Positions 35,639 to 44,900 of a DNA stretch of 64,000 nucleotides are shown here, piece after piece; within the stretch, counting starts at the first letter, position 1; every line of letters starts with the position of its first letter. Where the stretch lies: positions 496,001 through 560,000 of IMG/VR virus record IMGVR_UViG_3300046665_000548, one strand, 5' to 3'. The translations under genes and the position numbers were made by a program. The notes below the pieces were generated by a model. The model was given only the letters and a program-made list of their open reading frames with translations. It did not search any database and was not told the DNA's origin.

Positions 35639-36085
35639 TCACGACCATCTAAACTTGAAGTGAAGCCGATCATTTTCATCGGTAAAACGGGCGATCAATA
35701 CCCGATAGCCGAGAACCGCGCCTATTTGGCACCTCACACGTCCCTCAATTTCGTTTGCCCATTCGATGGCCTCGCAAGCCACTTCAGGGCTCCATCGATC
35801 CTGATCAATTATTTCGATCATTTGCGCATCAGTAACGATTTCAAGCGGGGCATTCTGGCACTTGTAGCACATATCAACATTGGTCGCGCAATTCTTACAG
35901 AACCACAAAACCCTAACGGCCCTCACCTCTTTATCAGTCTCGCGGAATTTAAGTTTCATTTTTCCCAAATAGGTTTTCGCGTTCGATTTGTACACGAAAT
36001 TACCCCTAAAAACAAATCTCCAAAAACGCTTGACGATAGGCGAAATCATGTTAGAAATACACGATGGTCTATGAAGGCATAACAA
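35639..36085 (-). CDS. Hypothetical protein, FKL family
   Basis: Ends ARFTDENDRLHFKFRWS; contains CKNC...CYKC. Confidence 0.6.
   Translation of the reverse strand: MLCLHRPSCISNMISPIVKRFWRFVFRGNFVYKSNAKTYLGKMKLKFRETDKEVRAVRVLWFCKNCATNVDMCYKCQNAPLEIVTDAQMIEIIDQDRWSPEVACEAIEWANEIEGRVRCQIGAVLGYRVLIARFTDENDRLHFKFRWS
36029..36057 (+). promoter_or_regulatory. Early-type promoter (leaderless)
   Basis: CTTGAC-N17-TAGAAA, 6 nt, then ATG 36064. Confidence 0.6.
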
Positions 36086-36336
36086 CTGACGGTATTCGGC
36101 GCGTGCTTCTTGATGCAGGCGATGCGAGTATTGTCGTTGAGAGCAAGGTGTCCGCGACCGAGTGGATTACTGTCCTAGTTTATAAGGCCCCAAATCTCAG
36201 GGTCTTAGCAGAACATCTGTCCGACGCGGTTGGGTACGGCCAAGCCGTCGCTTTGCTGACGGAGTGGCAAATTGATCCCGATCATCCTCTGTGGACGTTG
36301 AACCACAAGGGCGGCCAAACTCACTGGAGCAATTGA
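36064..36336 (+). CDS. Hypothetical early protein
   Basis: 90 aa ORF. Confidence 0.65.
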   Translation: MVYEGITTDGIRRVLLDAGDASIVVESKVSATEWITVLVYKAPNLRVLAEHLSDAVGYGQAVALLTEWQIDPDHPLWTLNHKGGQTHWSN

Positions 36337-36578
36337 TGTTTTCCACCCCTGTCAAGATGCCGGAGACCACGGGCGGTTACGCGATCATCGCGGAAAACCC
36401 AACCGGCTCCGATCTGTACTTCAAGGGATGGCGTGAAAGCGACGGCGAAACTATGTGGGTTGGGTTGTTTCGCGATGATTACGCTCGCGTGTCCAAAGAA
36501 GATGCCGACCGGCTCATCATCGAATTGCAGCCTCTTATGCCCACCCGCCAACTCCGAGTCGCAGGAATTTTCTCATGA
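36336..36578 (+). CDS. Hypothetical early protein
   Basis: TGATG-coupled. Confidence 0.65.
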   Translation: MFSTPVKMPETTGGYAIIAENPTGSDLYFKGWRESDGETMWVGLFRDDYARVSKEDADRLIIELQPLMPTRQLRVAGIFS

Positions 36579-36784
36579 GCACTGTTCAGGATCACGTCGA
36601 TTCCCTCCTCAGGTCATGGGACGACGTGGATAATGCCGCGCAGCGCGTGGCTACGTCTCTGCCTAGCCAGATGACGGAAGCCGCAGATCGCCTTGAGCGC
36701 GCGAGGATCGCGCATCGCGATATCTTACAGCGCGCCGTGATGGCGATCCACAAGGCCGGTCTCACCGAAGAAGCTACGTCATGA
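36575..36784 (+). CDS. Hypothetical helical protein
   Basis: ATGA-coupled, 69 aa. Confidence 0.65.
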   Translation: MSTVQDHVDSLLRSWDDVDNAAQRVATSLPSQMTEAADRLERARIAHRDILQRAVMAIHKAGLTEEATS

Positions 36785-36996
36785 GTAAGCATAATTCGTC
36801 AGGCTCATATCGCCACAAGATTCAACGGATCGCATCAGATCACTACCGGCTCTATTGGACCGTTGATCGTAGCGTTTCGGGATCGCGTTTGCGCTTCCCA
36901 ACCACGACCAGCCGCGATACCGATGAAGCCGGTGCTGCGCGGTTCGCCAAGCGTTGGAATCTAGACATCTTTCCGACGCCGCCGGAAAAGGCTTAG
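36781..36996 (+). CDS. Hypothetical protein
   Basis: ATGA-coupled, 71 aa. Confidence 0.65.
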   Translation: MSKHNSSGSYRHKIQRIASDHYRLYWTVDRSVSGSRLRFPTTTSRDTDEAGAARFAKRWNLDIFPTPPEKA

Positions 36997-36998
36997 AC

Positions 36999-37208
36999 AT
37001 GCCCAAAGTCGTTGTTACGTCTCTCGGTGAGCTTGAATTCGAGAGTGGCCGTCTCGTAAAGGTGGGTGGCGCTCGTCACAACTACATGGGCGGCGACAAG
37101 CTGCTCCAATTGATTCAAGAATTGTCCAAGCAAATGGATGGCGATCAGTTGATTCGTACGGTCGCGGAAATGGCTCAACGGGTCGGCGGCTACAAGCCCC
37201 GAATTTAA
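36999..37208 (+). CDS. Hypothetical protein
   Basis: ATG 2 nt after the previous stop. Confidence 0.6.
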   Translation: MPKVVVTSLGELEFESGRLVKVGGARHNYMGGDKLLQLIQELSKQMDGDQLIRTVAEMAQRVGGYKPRI

Positions 37209-37218
37209 AGGAAACGAA

Positions 37219-37488
37219 ATGCCGTTATTCACTTTTGCTGTTGCTATCCTGGCCGGAATTTGGGGCGGGGCAAACCTTACGCTAATTATGGTGTTTACTC
37301 TGACACTGATCGGCCTCGTGATCTTTCTTTATTTTTGGCGGACGGTCGGATTTGAAGAACTCGGAGGTCTACTGACGCTCGTTGTGATGATCCACGTGCT
37401 GGCGTTCGTAATTCCTATGTGGGCGACCCACCTATACATGGAACATCCAGGAAGCATCGGTTCGATCAAAAGCGTAATTTTTCGCTAA
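37219..37488 (+). CDS. Membrane protein
   Basis: Three hydrophobic segments; AAGGA SD. Confidence 0.7.
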   Translation: MPLFTFAVAILAGIWGGANLTLIMVFTLTLIGLVIFLYFWRTVGFEELGGLLTLVVMIHVLAFVIPMWATHLYMEHPGSIGSIKSVIFR

Positions 37489-37507
37489 AGAGGTAGAGGA
37501 TAACCAA

Positions 37508-37990
37508 ATGCGTAAGTTTCTCTTCGCCGTCTCGTTGATGCTGTTACCGAGCGTGGCGCAAGCACAATTCAAATCCACTTTACCGCAGGCACCAACGGAA
37601 TTTCCCACCGAGCTTGTCTGTGGAATTATCTCACTGTGGCCGCCCGAGAAGGATGATGATCCGGTTCATGTGGTCGAGGTCATTCCAGGTTTCGACTATT
37701 CGAATAACACTCGCGGTGCGCTCCAAACCCTTCTGGTGAAGCATACGACGATCTTCGGCCGAGTATTCACGCGGTCAGATCAATACAGTGGCGACTACCT
37801 GCGCCAGACGCCGGGTCAGCTTGAGATCATCTGGCGAGGCACGCTGAAAAAGAATGGCGGAGTCAAGATGGTCGGTCGCATCTGGAACGAACGAAGCAAC
37901 GGTCGTTGGTATTATTCCGAAAACATCGAGGACAATGGCCAGCCACGCATGAAGATGCTTGCTGGATGCCACAAGGGAGACTCCGAGTGA
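37508..37990 (+). CDS. Exported protein
   Basis: Sec signal peptide MRKFLFAVSLMLLPSVAQA; two Cys. Confidence 0.75.
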   Translation: MRKFLFAVSLMLLPSVAQAQFKSTLPQAPTEFPTELVCGIISLWPPEKDDDPVHVVEVIPGFDYSNNTRGALQTLLVKHTTIFGRVFTRSDQYSGDYLRQTPGQLEIIWRGTLKKNGGVKMVGRIWNERSNGRWYYSENIEDNGQPRMKMLAGCHKGDSE

Positions 37991-38586
37991 GAATCATCAT
38001 CACGCTGGCGCTGTTGCTGTTCGCCACGGTTGCACATGCGGCCGAGCCGAAGACGTTCTACAAGCAAGAAATTCCCGGAAAAACGAACTGGACCGTATTC
38101 GGAACGATCTTTAATGATCCGAACAATTCGGACAAATGTTCGGCGGAGATCGCGTGGGAGGATGGTTCGCTTTGGCAATTGACCAAACACCTGGACGAAA
38201 GTTCACCTTACATCGCTATTCGAAATGCTGATTGGCAGATCAGCGACGCGCCGCAAACGCGATTGAACGTGCAAGCAAACGCCTACGACGAAAATAACAA
38301 ATTTGTCGAGGGTAGCAATTTGGGGTTCACGCTCGTCAATAAGAACACAATGTTTTCGATGTCGCTGAACGGCGACAAATTCATCGAAGCCGTCTTCAAC
38401 TCACACCGCATGGTGTTTATCCCTCCTGGAAATATTCCAAATATCACCGTTTACTGGGGTGAATCGAACGCTAAGATCATGGTAGCCTTGGCAAATTGCG
38501 TCAGCGAAGGTCGGGAAATCTTAAAGGGCGTCGGGAAAACCCGTGTCGAACCAAAGGGCTTCAAGGCTACGCCGAACCGGAGTTAA
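37987..38586 (+). CDS. Exported protein
   Basis: GTG start; signal peptide RIIITLALLLFATVAHA; two Cys. Confidence 0.7.
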   Translation: MRIIITLALLLFATVAHAAEPKTFYKQEIPGKTNWTVFGTIFNDPNNSDKCSAEIAWEDGSLWQLTKHLDESSPYIAIRNADWQISDAPQTRLNVQANAYDENNKFVEGSNLGFTLVNKNTMFSMSLNGDKFIEAVFNSHRMVFIPPGNIPNITVYWGESNAKIMVALANCVSEGREILKGVGKTRVEPKGFKATPNRS

Positions 38587-38700
38587 ACGCGGAAGGCTAT
38601 CTCGGCACTTTCTCAATGGACGTTGCGGAAACTCCATCAAAGACTGGACGCCTTCGGATTGGGCGCTGGACCTAATCCGAAAATACGGCGGCATCCCGCC

Positions 38701-39588
38701 TTAAAAGTCGTGCGAGTTGATGTTCTTGAACAGTATCTTTACCTTGACCTGTTCGCGTGCCTTGATGGCCATCGGTAGCATCTGATCGGGTTGGGCGTTC
38801 GAAAGGAACTGCATCAGTTCAGTCTTTCGAGCGTCCTGTGGTGTATTCGGGATCGTTTGGCCGATCTTGTAGAAATCGAAACCGGGCAGCACTGCGACCT
38901 TTTGCGGTGCGTATTGAGCCGTGCACATAAAGAATGCGATCTGCCCGGCGACCTCCGTGAACAGACACGGTGCGGCCTCCTTGGGCGCGAGGCGAATGTG
39001 CGCTGAGCACGAATTGAATTCACCACGAGCAGTCAATGAGTGGCCCTTGTTGCCGCCCTGCGCCATCGAGACCTGCGGCAGCGCCTTCTCTAACTCTTCC
39101 TGAGTCGGCTTATGACCCTGGGCGATGTTCGGAATTACTTTCAGCAGGTTCTGCTTGAATGTGGATAGCATCTTTCCATGCGTAAAGTAGTCATGGATGG
39201 TGCGGAATACTGTGTTCTCGTCGGCCGTGAAATTCGGATGATCGCTCGTCGTGCCAGAATAGATCAGCAGACGGTTATTGATCAGGATGTCGTACAGCAT
39301 TGCACGAATCATCATGCGCGGCTTGTGGCCAAACTCCGTGTAAGGGTCTTCCTGAGTGAACTGGATGTCGATGCCAGTGCCCTTGACGCGCTTGAATAGA
39401 ACGTCGAGTGTGTGTCGCTTGGCAGCATCCCAGTGCTTATCCGCATTTGGATCATGAATCGGTGCAGCATCGTATGCTTCGGCCAGCGTTACCACAAAAG
39501 CGGCAAGCTCAGGAAGGCTGTGGATGTAAACACCCTCGGTGAGAGGAATTCCAGAAAGTTGAAGGAGGCGCGAGAGATCGTCAGACAT
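38701..39588 (-). CDS. Hypothetical protein with HDxxxH putative metal site
   Basis: FRTIHDYFTHG...GEFNSCSAH...FTEVAGQ; start at ATG 39588, 5 nt after TAAATA. Confidence 0.7.
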   Translation of the reverse strand: MSDDLSRLLQLSGIPLTEGVYIHSLPELAAFVVTLAEAYDAAPIHDPNADKHWDAAKRHTLDVLFKRVKGTGIDIQFTQEDPYTEFGHKPRMMIRAMLYDILINNRLLIYSGTTSDHPNFTADENTVFRTIHDYFTHGKMLSTFKQNLLKVIPNIAQGHKPTQEELEKALPQVSMAQGGNKGHSLTARGEFNSCSAHIRLAPKEAAPCLFTEVAGQIAFFMCTAQYAPQKVAVLPGFDFYKIGQTIPNTPQDARKTELMQFLSNAQPDQMLPMAIKAREQVKVKILFKNINSHDF

Positions 39589-39592
39589 GCCC

Positions 39593-40102
39593 CTATTTAT
39601 AGCGGCTCTTGCGATCCTTGAAACGTTCGGCCAGGACCCGGCGCGCTGCCTCACGCCCATCTTCCATCATAATGGCGTGCATTGTGAGGCGGGTAAAGCT
39701 CAAGCGGCGATCAGCGGCACGCATGATGTCCACGATACCCCAAGGATCATAGTTCGCTTCTAGAGGCTCTAGAAGCTGATCACGGGGACAATCACGGTAA
39801 GCGTTGACCAGATGCTCGAAGACATTGTTGCCTCGACCCCAGCGACTGCGCTTAGTCCCCATATGCCCTCCTGACTTGAGAACATAGAGTTGCGGCGTGA
39901 CGCGACCGAACCAACTCACGCGACGCTCGACCGGAACATCATCCCCCATAAAGTCCCAGGGGAACGACATAAGCGTCTCCCCTTTCATTATGAATTCATA
40001 GGTCCCGTTGGACCAATGATCGGAAGGAGACTTGTAAGGTAAGTGGACGAGGCGCATTTCAAGCGCGGGCAAGAACACCCGCTCTATTACGGATACAGAC
40101 AT
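39593..40102 (-). CDS. Hypothetical protein
   Basis: 169 aa ORF. Confidence 0.7.
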   Translation of the reverse strand: MSVSVIERVFLPALEMRLVHLPYKSPSDHWSNGTYEFIMKGETLMSFPWDFMGDDVPVERRVSWFGRVTPQLYVLKSGGHMGTKRSRWGRGNNVFEHLVNAYRDCPRDQLLEPLEANYDPWGIVDIMRAADRRLSFTRLTMHAIMMEDGREAARRVLAERFKDRKSRYK

Positions 40103-40105
40103 GGA

Positions 40106-40336
40106 TCACCCTCGCATCCTTTGCAGGAGCGCTTTGATCAGGTTCTCTGCTTCGACCTTGATCGGTGCCCAGTCATATCCACCAGCTTCAATCTTCTCTT
40201 GAGGGGTTCTCCCCCTGTATACCTGACCAGTTTCGGTGTCAATCAGCAGATATTTGGTAGGCACATTAGTGCGTACCTTGTGCTCAACACGATCTTCGAA
40301 TTCAGGTAGCTCGTCTTCACAAATTGTCTTGCGCAC
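40106..40336 (-). CDS. Hypothetical protein
   Basis: 76 aa; TNVPTKYLLIDTETGQVY. Confidence 0.7.
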   Translation of the reverse strand: MRKTICEDELPEFEDRVEHKVRTNVPTKYLLIDTETGQVYRGRTPQEKIEAGGYDWAPIKVEAENLIKALLQRMRG

Positions 40337-40357
40337 ATTTCCTCCATGATCGAAAGT

Positions 40358-40651
40358 CTAGCGGAAATTGCCGTATTTCTTGCGCAACGCGCGCATATAG
40401 AAATAGTCTCGGTAAAACTCGAACCGCCACTTTCCACCCCATTTTTGAATAGTGATTACGGGATTGTGGTCCGGATGTTGATAAACGAGAAAGGTCCATC
40501 CCATTCCTTTGAAGCGGTTGAAATGTACTTGCGGTTTCCATTTCCGGATGGACGGAGTCGTCATCGCAGTAGTGCAAGTATCGCGATCAGAACGATCATC
40601 GCGGGAAGCTCGTATCTGAAAAAGGCATCGCGACGAAACAAGTATCGCCAA
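40358..40651 (-). CDS. Hypothetical protein
   Basis: ORF tiling the minus-strand operon; start uncertain. Confidence 0.5.
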   Translation of the reverse strand: MAILVSSRCLFQIRASRDDRSDRDTCTTAMTTPSIRKWKPQVHFNRFKGMGWTFLVYQHPDHNPVITIQKWGGKWRFEFYRDYFYMRALRKKYGNFR

Positions 40652-40760
40652 CGTTTTCCTGGCGGAAGCTTCGCTACAATTTCGTAATTAACAGAATAGC
40701 TAGCCTTCATTTTCTTTACCTCCGAGTGGTGGGGAGGCGGTCCTCCCCACCTATCCCAGA

Positions 40761-41096
40761 TTAGCTCACGCTTGCCCAGTAAACTCCGTTCGGTCCATCG
40801 TGGGACACACGAATGCTGGCTTCGCGGCCCAGCACGTCTTTGGCGAGAAGACGAAGACGGTCACCAAGCTCTGCATTCTGCTCCGAAGACAGCTTCACGT
40901 GCTTGATTGGGCTGCCGAAATCTACAACTACAAGAGCGTTTGAGTAGACATGACCATTGATGTGAATGGAAGGGTTAACCTCCAGGCCGAGAGAATCGAG
41001 CCAATCGCGGAGATACTTTGTGTCAGCCGGACGACGTTCACGGCCACCACCAGCACGCGCCTTCTTTGAGCGCGCGTTATCATTCTGAGTCGTCAT
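40761..41096 (-). CDS. Hypothetical protein
   Basis: Probable start MTTQND at 41096. Confidence 0.65.
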   Translation of the reverse strand: MTTQNDNARSKKARAGGGRERRPADTKYLRDWLDSLGLEVNPSIHINGHVYSNALVVVDFGSPIKHVKLSSEQNAELGDRLRLLAKDVLGREASIRVSHDGPNGVYWASVS

Positions 41097-41234
41097 TTGA
41101 AAAAGACCTTGGATAAAAAGGAACACCATGAAAAGAAGTTTGGGAGTGGCGACGTACGGTGTTTCCGCCGCCACGACCCTTCCTAGCAAGCTACCAAATT
41201 TGGTGCAATAACCTTGTTGGTCGGCTTATTGAAG

Positions 41235-41714
41235 TCACCGATTCTTGCTTTTGCCCTGGCCCTTTCGCTGTTTAGCGCGAAGCTGCCGGGCCTTCTTGCC
41301 GCGTTGGATGTGCTCTCGGGTATTGAGAAGTTCTTTCAGCGCATCCAGGACGGTCCCGCGATAAGGCGCGACACCATGAGCGGATCGAAACTCTTTCCGA
41401 ACGCCATTCTTTATGAACAGACGCTCCAGCGGAAAATTCCGAGGCGGCAGGTCGTAATACGTCGAGTAGGGATCACACTCGATATCGAAAAGCACGAGGC
41501 CGCGATTTCCTCGCCTAATCTGTCGGTATTGCTCCAACAGGTGGCTCGTATTCAAACCCTTATAGAAATCTATAAGCTCGTCTTTGACGACCGCTTGGAG
41601 TCGTTCTTGTTCGGCTTCTTCGCGTCGCTTATGAATATCGCTCGGCAATAGTTCGCCAGCGAGCATTTTGAAAATGTCGTCGTTAGTTACATCAGAGTTG
41701 TCTAGGGGTATCAT
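41235..41714 (-). CDS. Hypothetical protein
   Basis: 159 aa with basic C-terminus. Confidence 0.65.
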   Translation of the reverse strand: MIPLDNSDVTNDDIFKMLAGELLPSDIHKRREEAEQERLQAVVKDELIDFYKGLNTSHLLEQYRQIRRGNRGLVLFDIECDPYSTYYDLPPRNFPLERLFIKNGVRKEFRSAHGVAPYRGTVLDALKELLNTREHIQRGKKARQLRAKQRKGQGKSKNR

Positions 41715-41885
41715 GGGAACACCTTTGGTTCAGTCTAATTTGATCTCGTGACGTAGACGTGCGAAACCTCCGCCTAAGCGAGGCAAGTCTCCAGCACATC
41801 ATTCATGAGATTAGACGTTCAAGGCAGTGTTCTCCTATACTGTTCCAACCTTATCCATATTGGTGACTTCCGTCAACTCTAAATA

Positions 41886-42221
41886 ATGGCCATGCGAGAT
41901 TTTGAACTATGGGAGATCGTTAAACGTCGGGTTACGCCACTAGGCCAACCTGTCGATGGACGACGCTTTGCTATGGAAGAAATCTCACCGCCAACAACGT
42001 TGGACCTTCACGGCTATACTATTCAGGAAGCGCATCAGATTACTCAGCGATTCCTGGATCACCGCACGGATACTGTTACGGTCATCACCGGCCGCAGTGG
42101 AGAAATCTGTAAAGAATTCCCCACATGGGCCGCGCTCCATCCTAACGTCCGGTCATGCCGGAGTTTGAATGGAGGCGGAGCATTCCTCATCAAGCTGGGC
42201 TCTTCGAAGCGGCATCGCTAA
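41886..42221 (+). CDS. Stand-alone Smr/MutS2-domain protein
   Basis: LWEIVKRRVTPL, TLDLHGYTIQEAH, VTVITGRSG, GGGAFLIKL. Confidence 0.88.
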   Translation: MAMRDFELWEIVKRRVTPLGQPVDGRRFAMEEISPPTTLDLHGYTIQEAHQITQRFLDHRTDTVTVITGRSGEICKEFPTWAALHPNVRSCRSLNGGGAFLIKLGSSKRHR

Positions 42222-42498
42222 AAGGTTTAGCTTCCCGTATGGCGGCCTCGATCTGTCCTTGCGAAACGGCACGGCTCTCAATGCGCCCCCATCGACGCGC
42301 AATGCTGTAGGAATCCGCGCGATGTACGCGCAGCATCACGATCTGCTTGCGCTTTGGAATAACCGCGTAGAGCAGAGCGACGAACGAGACGCCGAGCGAC
42401 GGGATTTGCTCTGACCCAAGGATGGCGAGCCGCACTTCATACTCAGCCTCTTGTCGAAGAACCTCGCCTTGATCGGCATTGATATTAGGGATTTCCAT
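42190..42498 (-). CDS. Hypothetical protein
   Basis: 102 aa ORF. Confidence 0.55.
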   Translation of the reverse strand: MEIPNINADQGEVLRQEAEYEVRLAILGSEQIPSLGVSFVALLYAVIPKRKQIVMLRVHRADSYSIARRWGRIESRAVSQGQIEAAIREAKPFSDAASKSPA

Positions 42499-42892
42499 CG
42501 CGCTTCGGCTCCTGCATCAATTCTTCGCAGATATAGACCATCGCGGCCATTACGCTACGGAAAATCACTGATTGACGCGGATGCGGGCGAGTGGGGTCCC
42601 ATCGTTCATCCATGACTATGACATTGCCGGGTTCCCCTCGAATACGAAAGGCTCGCTCCCGCTGCCCGTCCCTGGCCGAGGTGAACCCGGCCGGGTTGGC
42701 GTCCTGAAACGCGGTGGCCCGACCGCGACATTCATCCGCATATACATCCCAATGACCTGGATTGCGGTTTGAAATCGAAAACCCCATCGGAAAATGAGGC
42801 TGGTTTTCCTTGAAGCGGAATAGTTCCGCCTCTTTCTCGCGCGCACGGTGCGCTGCAAAGTTCATTTTCTCTTCTACAGTGAGATCGCTCAT
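42485..42892 (-). CDS. Hypothetical protein
   Basis: 135 aa ORF. Confidence 0.65.
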   Translation of the reverse strand: MSDLTVEEKMNFAAHRAREKEAELFRFKENQPHFPMGFSISNRNPGHWDVYADECRGRATAFQDANPAGFTSARDGQRERAFRIRGEPGNVIVMDERWDPTRPHPRQSVIFRSVMAAMVYICEELMQEPKRDGNP

Positions 42893-42901
42893 GGCTTTCC
42901 T

Positions 42902-43324
42902 CTAGATCGGATCAAGGCTGTTAAGAAACGCAACGCCAAACTTATTGCAGCCGGGCACGACTTGCGATGGCATATCATCGACCAACACAGTACAGCCGTG
43001 CTCTGCCGACTTTTGGCCTTTCCATTCGAGATATCGACCCACGGCATCCTTGTCGTAAATCTTACGACGATTGCCCCAGGCTCCGTAGACCTCAGTCGGG
43101 CATCCATTGACCGACGTGATCAGGTCAGGGCCAACTCCAAGGCTACCGAGTTTCAACGCACCGAGAAGCGCACCAGCGGGATCACGGAACGTCACGATGT
43201 GATGCTGCTTCTCAGGATGGGCCAAGATGTATTCTCGAAAGAACTGCGAATTGCGTCCATCCAAAATAGTACCATCCAGGTCCCACGCGATAGAGGCGTG
43301 AAGATCAAGAACAGGATGATTCAT
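42902..43324 (-). CDS. HAD-superfamily phosphatase-like protein
   Basis: IAWDLDGTIL (motif I), IVTFR, K, LVDDMP (motif IV). Confidence 0.75.
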   Translation of the reverse strand: MNHPVLDLHASIAWDLDGTILDGRNSQFFREYILAHPEKQHHIVTFRDPAGALLGALKLGSLGVGPDLITSVNGCPTEVYGAWGNRRKIYDKDAVGRYLEWKGQKSAEHGCTVLVDDMPSQVVPGCNKFGVAFLNSLDPI

Positions 43325-43472
43325 TACTCTTCCTTATGTACAGACCAGCCGTCAGGTCCTCGCCCATCCTGCACGAGCGTACGCTTACGGCCGGTAAAAA
43401 CACTATAAGTGTCGCGGGTGCATTCAAGCCATGATCCACCCATGCTTATCTGGTACTTTGTGGCGAAAAAAT

Positions 43473-44021
43473 TCACGACTTGTCCCCGTTGATCTCGGCA
43501 ACCATCCGCGTGACCGTAAGCAGCGCCTGACGCTCGGCCTCTGCCTTCATACGCCGCCGAACCTCGGACTGATAGTGTTCCAAGTATTCTTTTTCGATGG
43601 CTTTCTTTACCGTATTGGGCAAATCAGGCAAGTCACCGATTTGATGCGTAAACCATTCGTCAATAGTCTCGCGCGCCGCATCCGTGATGAAATTCATGGT
43701 TTCGCTGGCTTTACTGATTTGCCATTTGCCCCAGGAATCTCTCGATATCCCCATTGCGGCCATTACGAGATCGAACGCCGATTCTTCGACCTTCTTTTGA
43801 ATATAGGTCCTGATATTAGCCGGAGCCCAAATCCGCAGGATTGTGCCAAGCTCGGCTTCCACGTTCTTTTTGAACTGGTCGAGCGACAGGTCAAGGTCCT
43901 GTTTGCTCATCGGGGCTTTTCGAAGGTCTTCGACTTCTTGCTGCACAATGTCGCGGATGAACGCAGCAAGCACCGCCGAGTCGCCAAAAAGGTCAAAACC
44001 TGGATGTTTTCTTTCACGCAT
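43473..44021 (-). CDS. Hypothetical helical protein (leaderless)
   Basis: 182 aa; promoter CTTGAC-N17-TAGTTT (44056-44028) 6 nt upstream. Confidence 0.7.
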   Translation of the reverse strand: MRERKHPGFDLFGDSAVLAAFIRDIVQQEVEDLRKAPMSKQDLDLSLDQFKKNVEAELGTILRIWAPANIRTYIQKKVEESAFDLVMAAMGISRDSWGKWQISKASETMNFITDAARETIDEWFTHQIGDLPDLPNTVKKAIEKEYLEHYQSEVRRRMKAEAERQALLTVTRMVAEINGDKS

Positions 44022-44059
44022 CTGCGAAAACTACCACGCTGTCGTGTTCTGTCAAGCTG

Positions 44060-44895
44060 ATTTCAATAATTATAAGTAATTCCACTGAACTATTTGACGT
44101 ATCGCTTCCGACGATTCGATACTCCGACTACGAAACGACATACGCCTAGGAAGTTATAGGGGTTTCTTCCACCCCAAGCACCATATCCGGGACATTTACC
44201 AGGGCTCGCTGAGACAATCGAGCCGCAGACCGGACTGATGAGGTAGGGCGACCAACGAGACGGAATTCGGACATACCGTTAGGTGTCCGTCTAAACGGCT
44301 GCTCGCGCAATTAATTTTTGCGAAAAGGCACTCAGATAAGAGGAGAGTTGTGTCTTCGTCAGTTTGACACCTCTCCGCATGCGCCCGATCCCCCTGATCG
44401 GTCTGGGCGCATGAGCTTGGATTTTAATCCATAACCGTTAAACCCTCAAGACATACCGGAAGCACAAGACGCGTACTCGTTCAAAGCCGCAAGGCTACGC
44501 GACGCATTATCCCAAAGCTTCGATTGTAGGTGATGCCAGGGTTGAGATAGGGCCGCTCAAGTGAATATTCGGGTAACCGTTCACTGTCCGTAGAACGACA
44601 ACGTGGCTGATCAGGGGTCAAAAGACTCAGGTTGATGACTGCTTTTCTCTCCCTTCATTATCTCTTCGGAGATTTTGCAGGGGGAGGAAAGGTCTGATCT
44701 AGGTTGATGAATTGAACAAATATCTGAATGAATACTCTTCAAGTATTCGCTGGAAGGAATGTCGTAGCGAAGCGAAGCATTCCGAACCGCGTAGGATTAG
44801 CGATGCGTAGCGAGCTAAGCCTTTACATCACTGATAAAAGATTAGTGACTTTTCACAGAGCAATGTGCCCATATGTCGTATTGCTTTGAAAGAAT
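44060..44895. ncRNA. Large structured non-coding region (ncRNA or replication origin candidate)
   Basis: About 830 bp with no ORF of 60 aa or more inside it; many stems, with GCAA and cUUCGg tetraloops on the + strand. Confidence 0.55.
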
Positions 44896-44900
44896 AGATT

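Noticed and set aside
44230-44262. CTGATGA core resembling a hammerhead ribozyme
   Set aside because: Stem II is followed by AACGAGA rather than GAAA, and no stem III can be built.
44593-44637. AACGACAAC (N-D-N), reminiscent of alphaproteobacterial tmRNA tags
   Set aside because: It is preceded by TAG instead of a GCA resume codon; there is no Ala-Ala end and no tRNA-like domain.
44683-44696. GAGGAAAGGTC, resembling the RNase P P4 motif
   Set aside because: Imperfect match, and no complementary 3' CR-V element was found.
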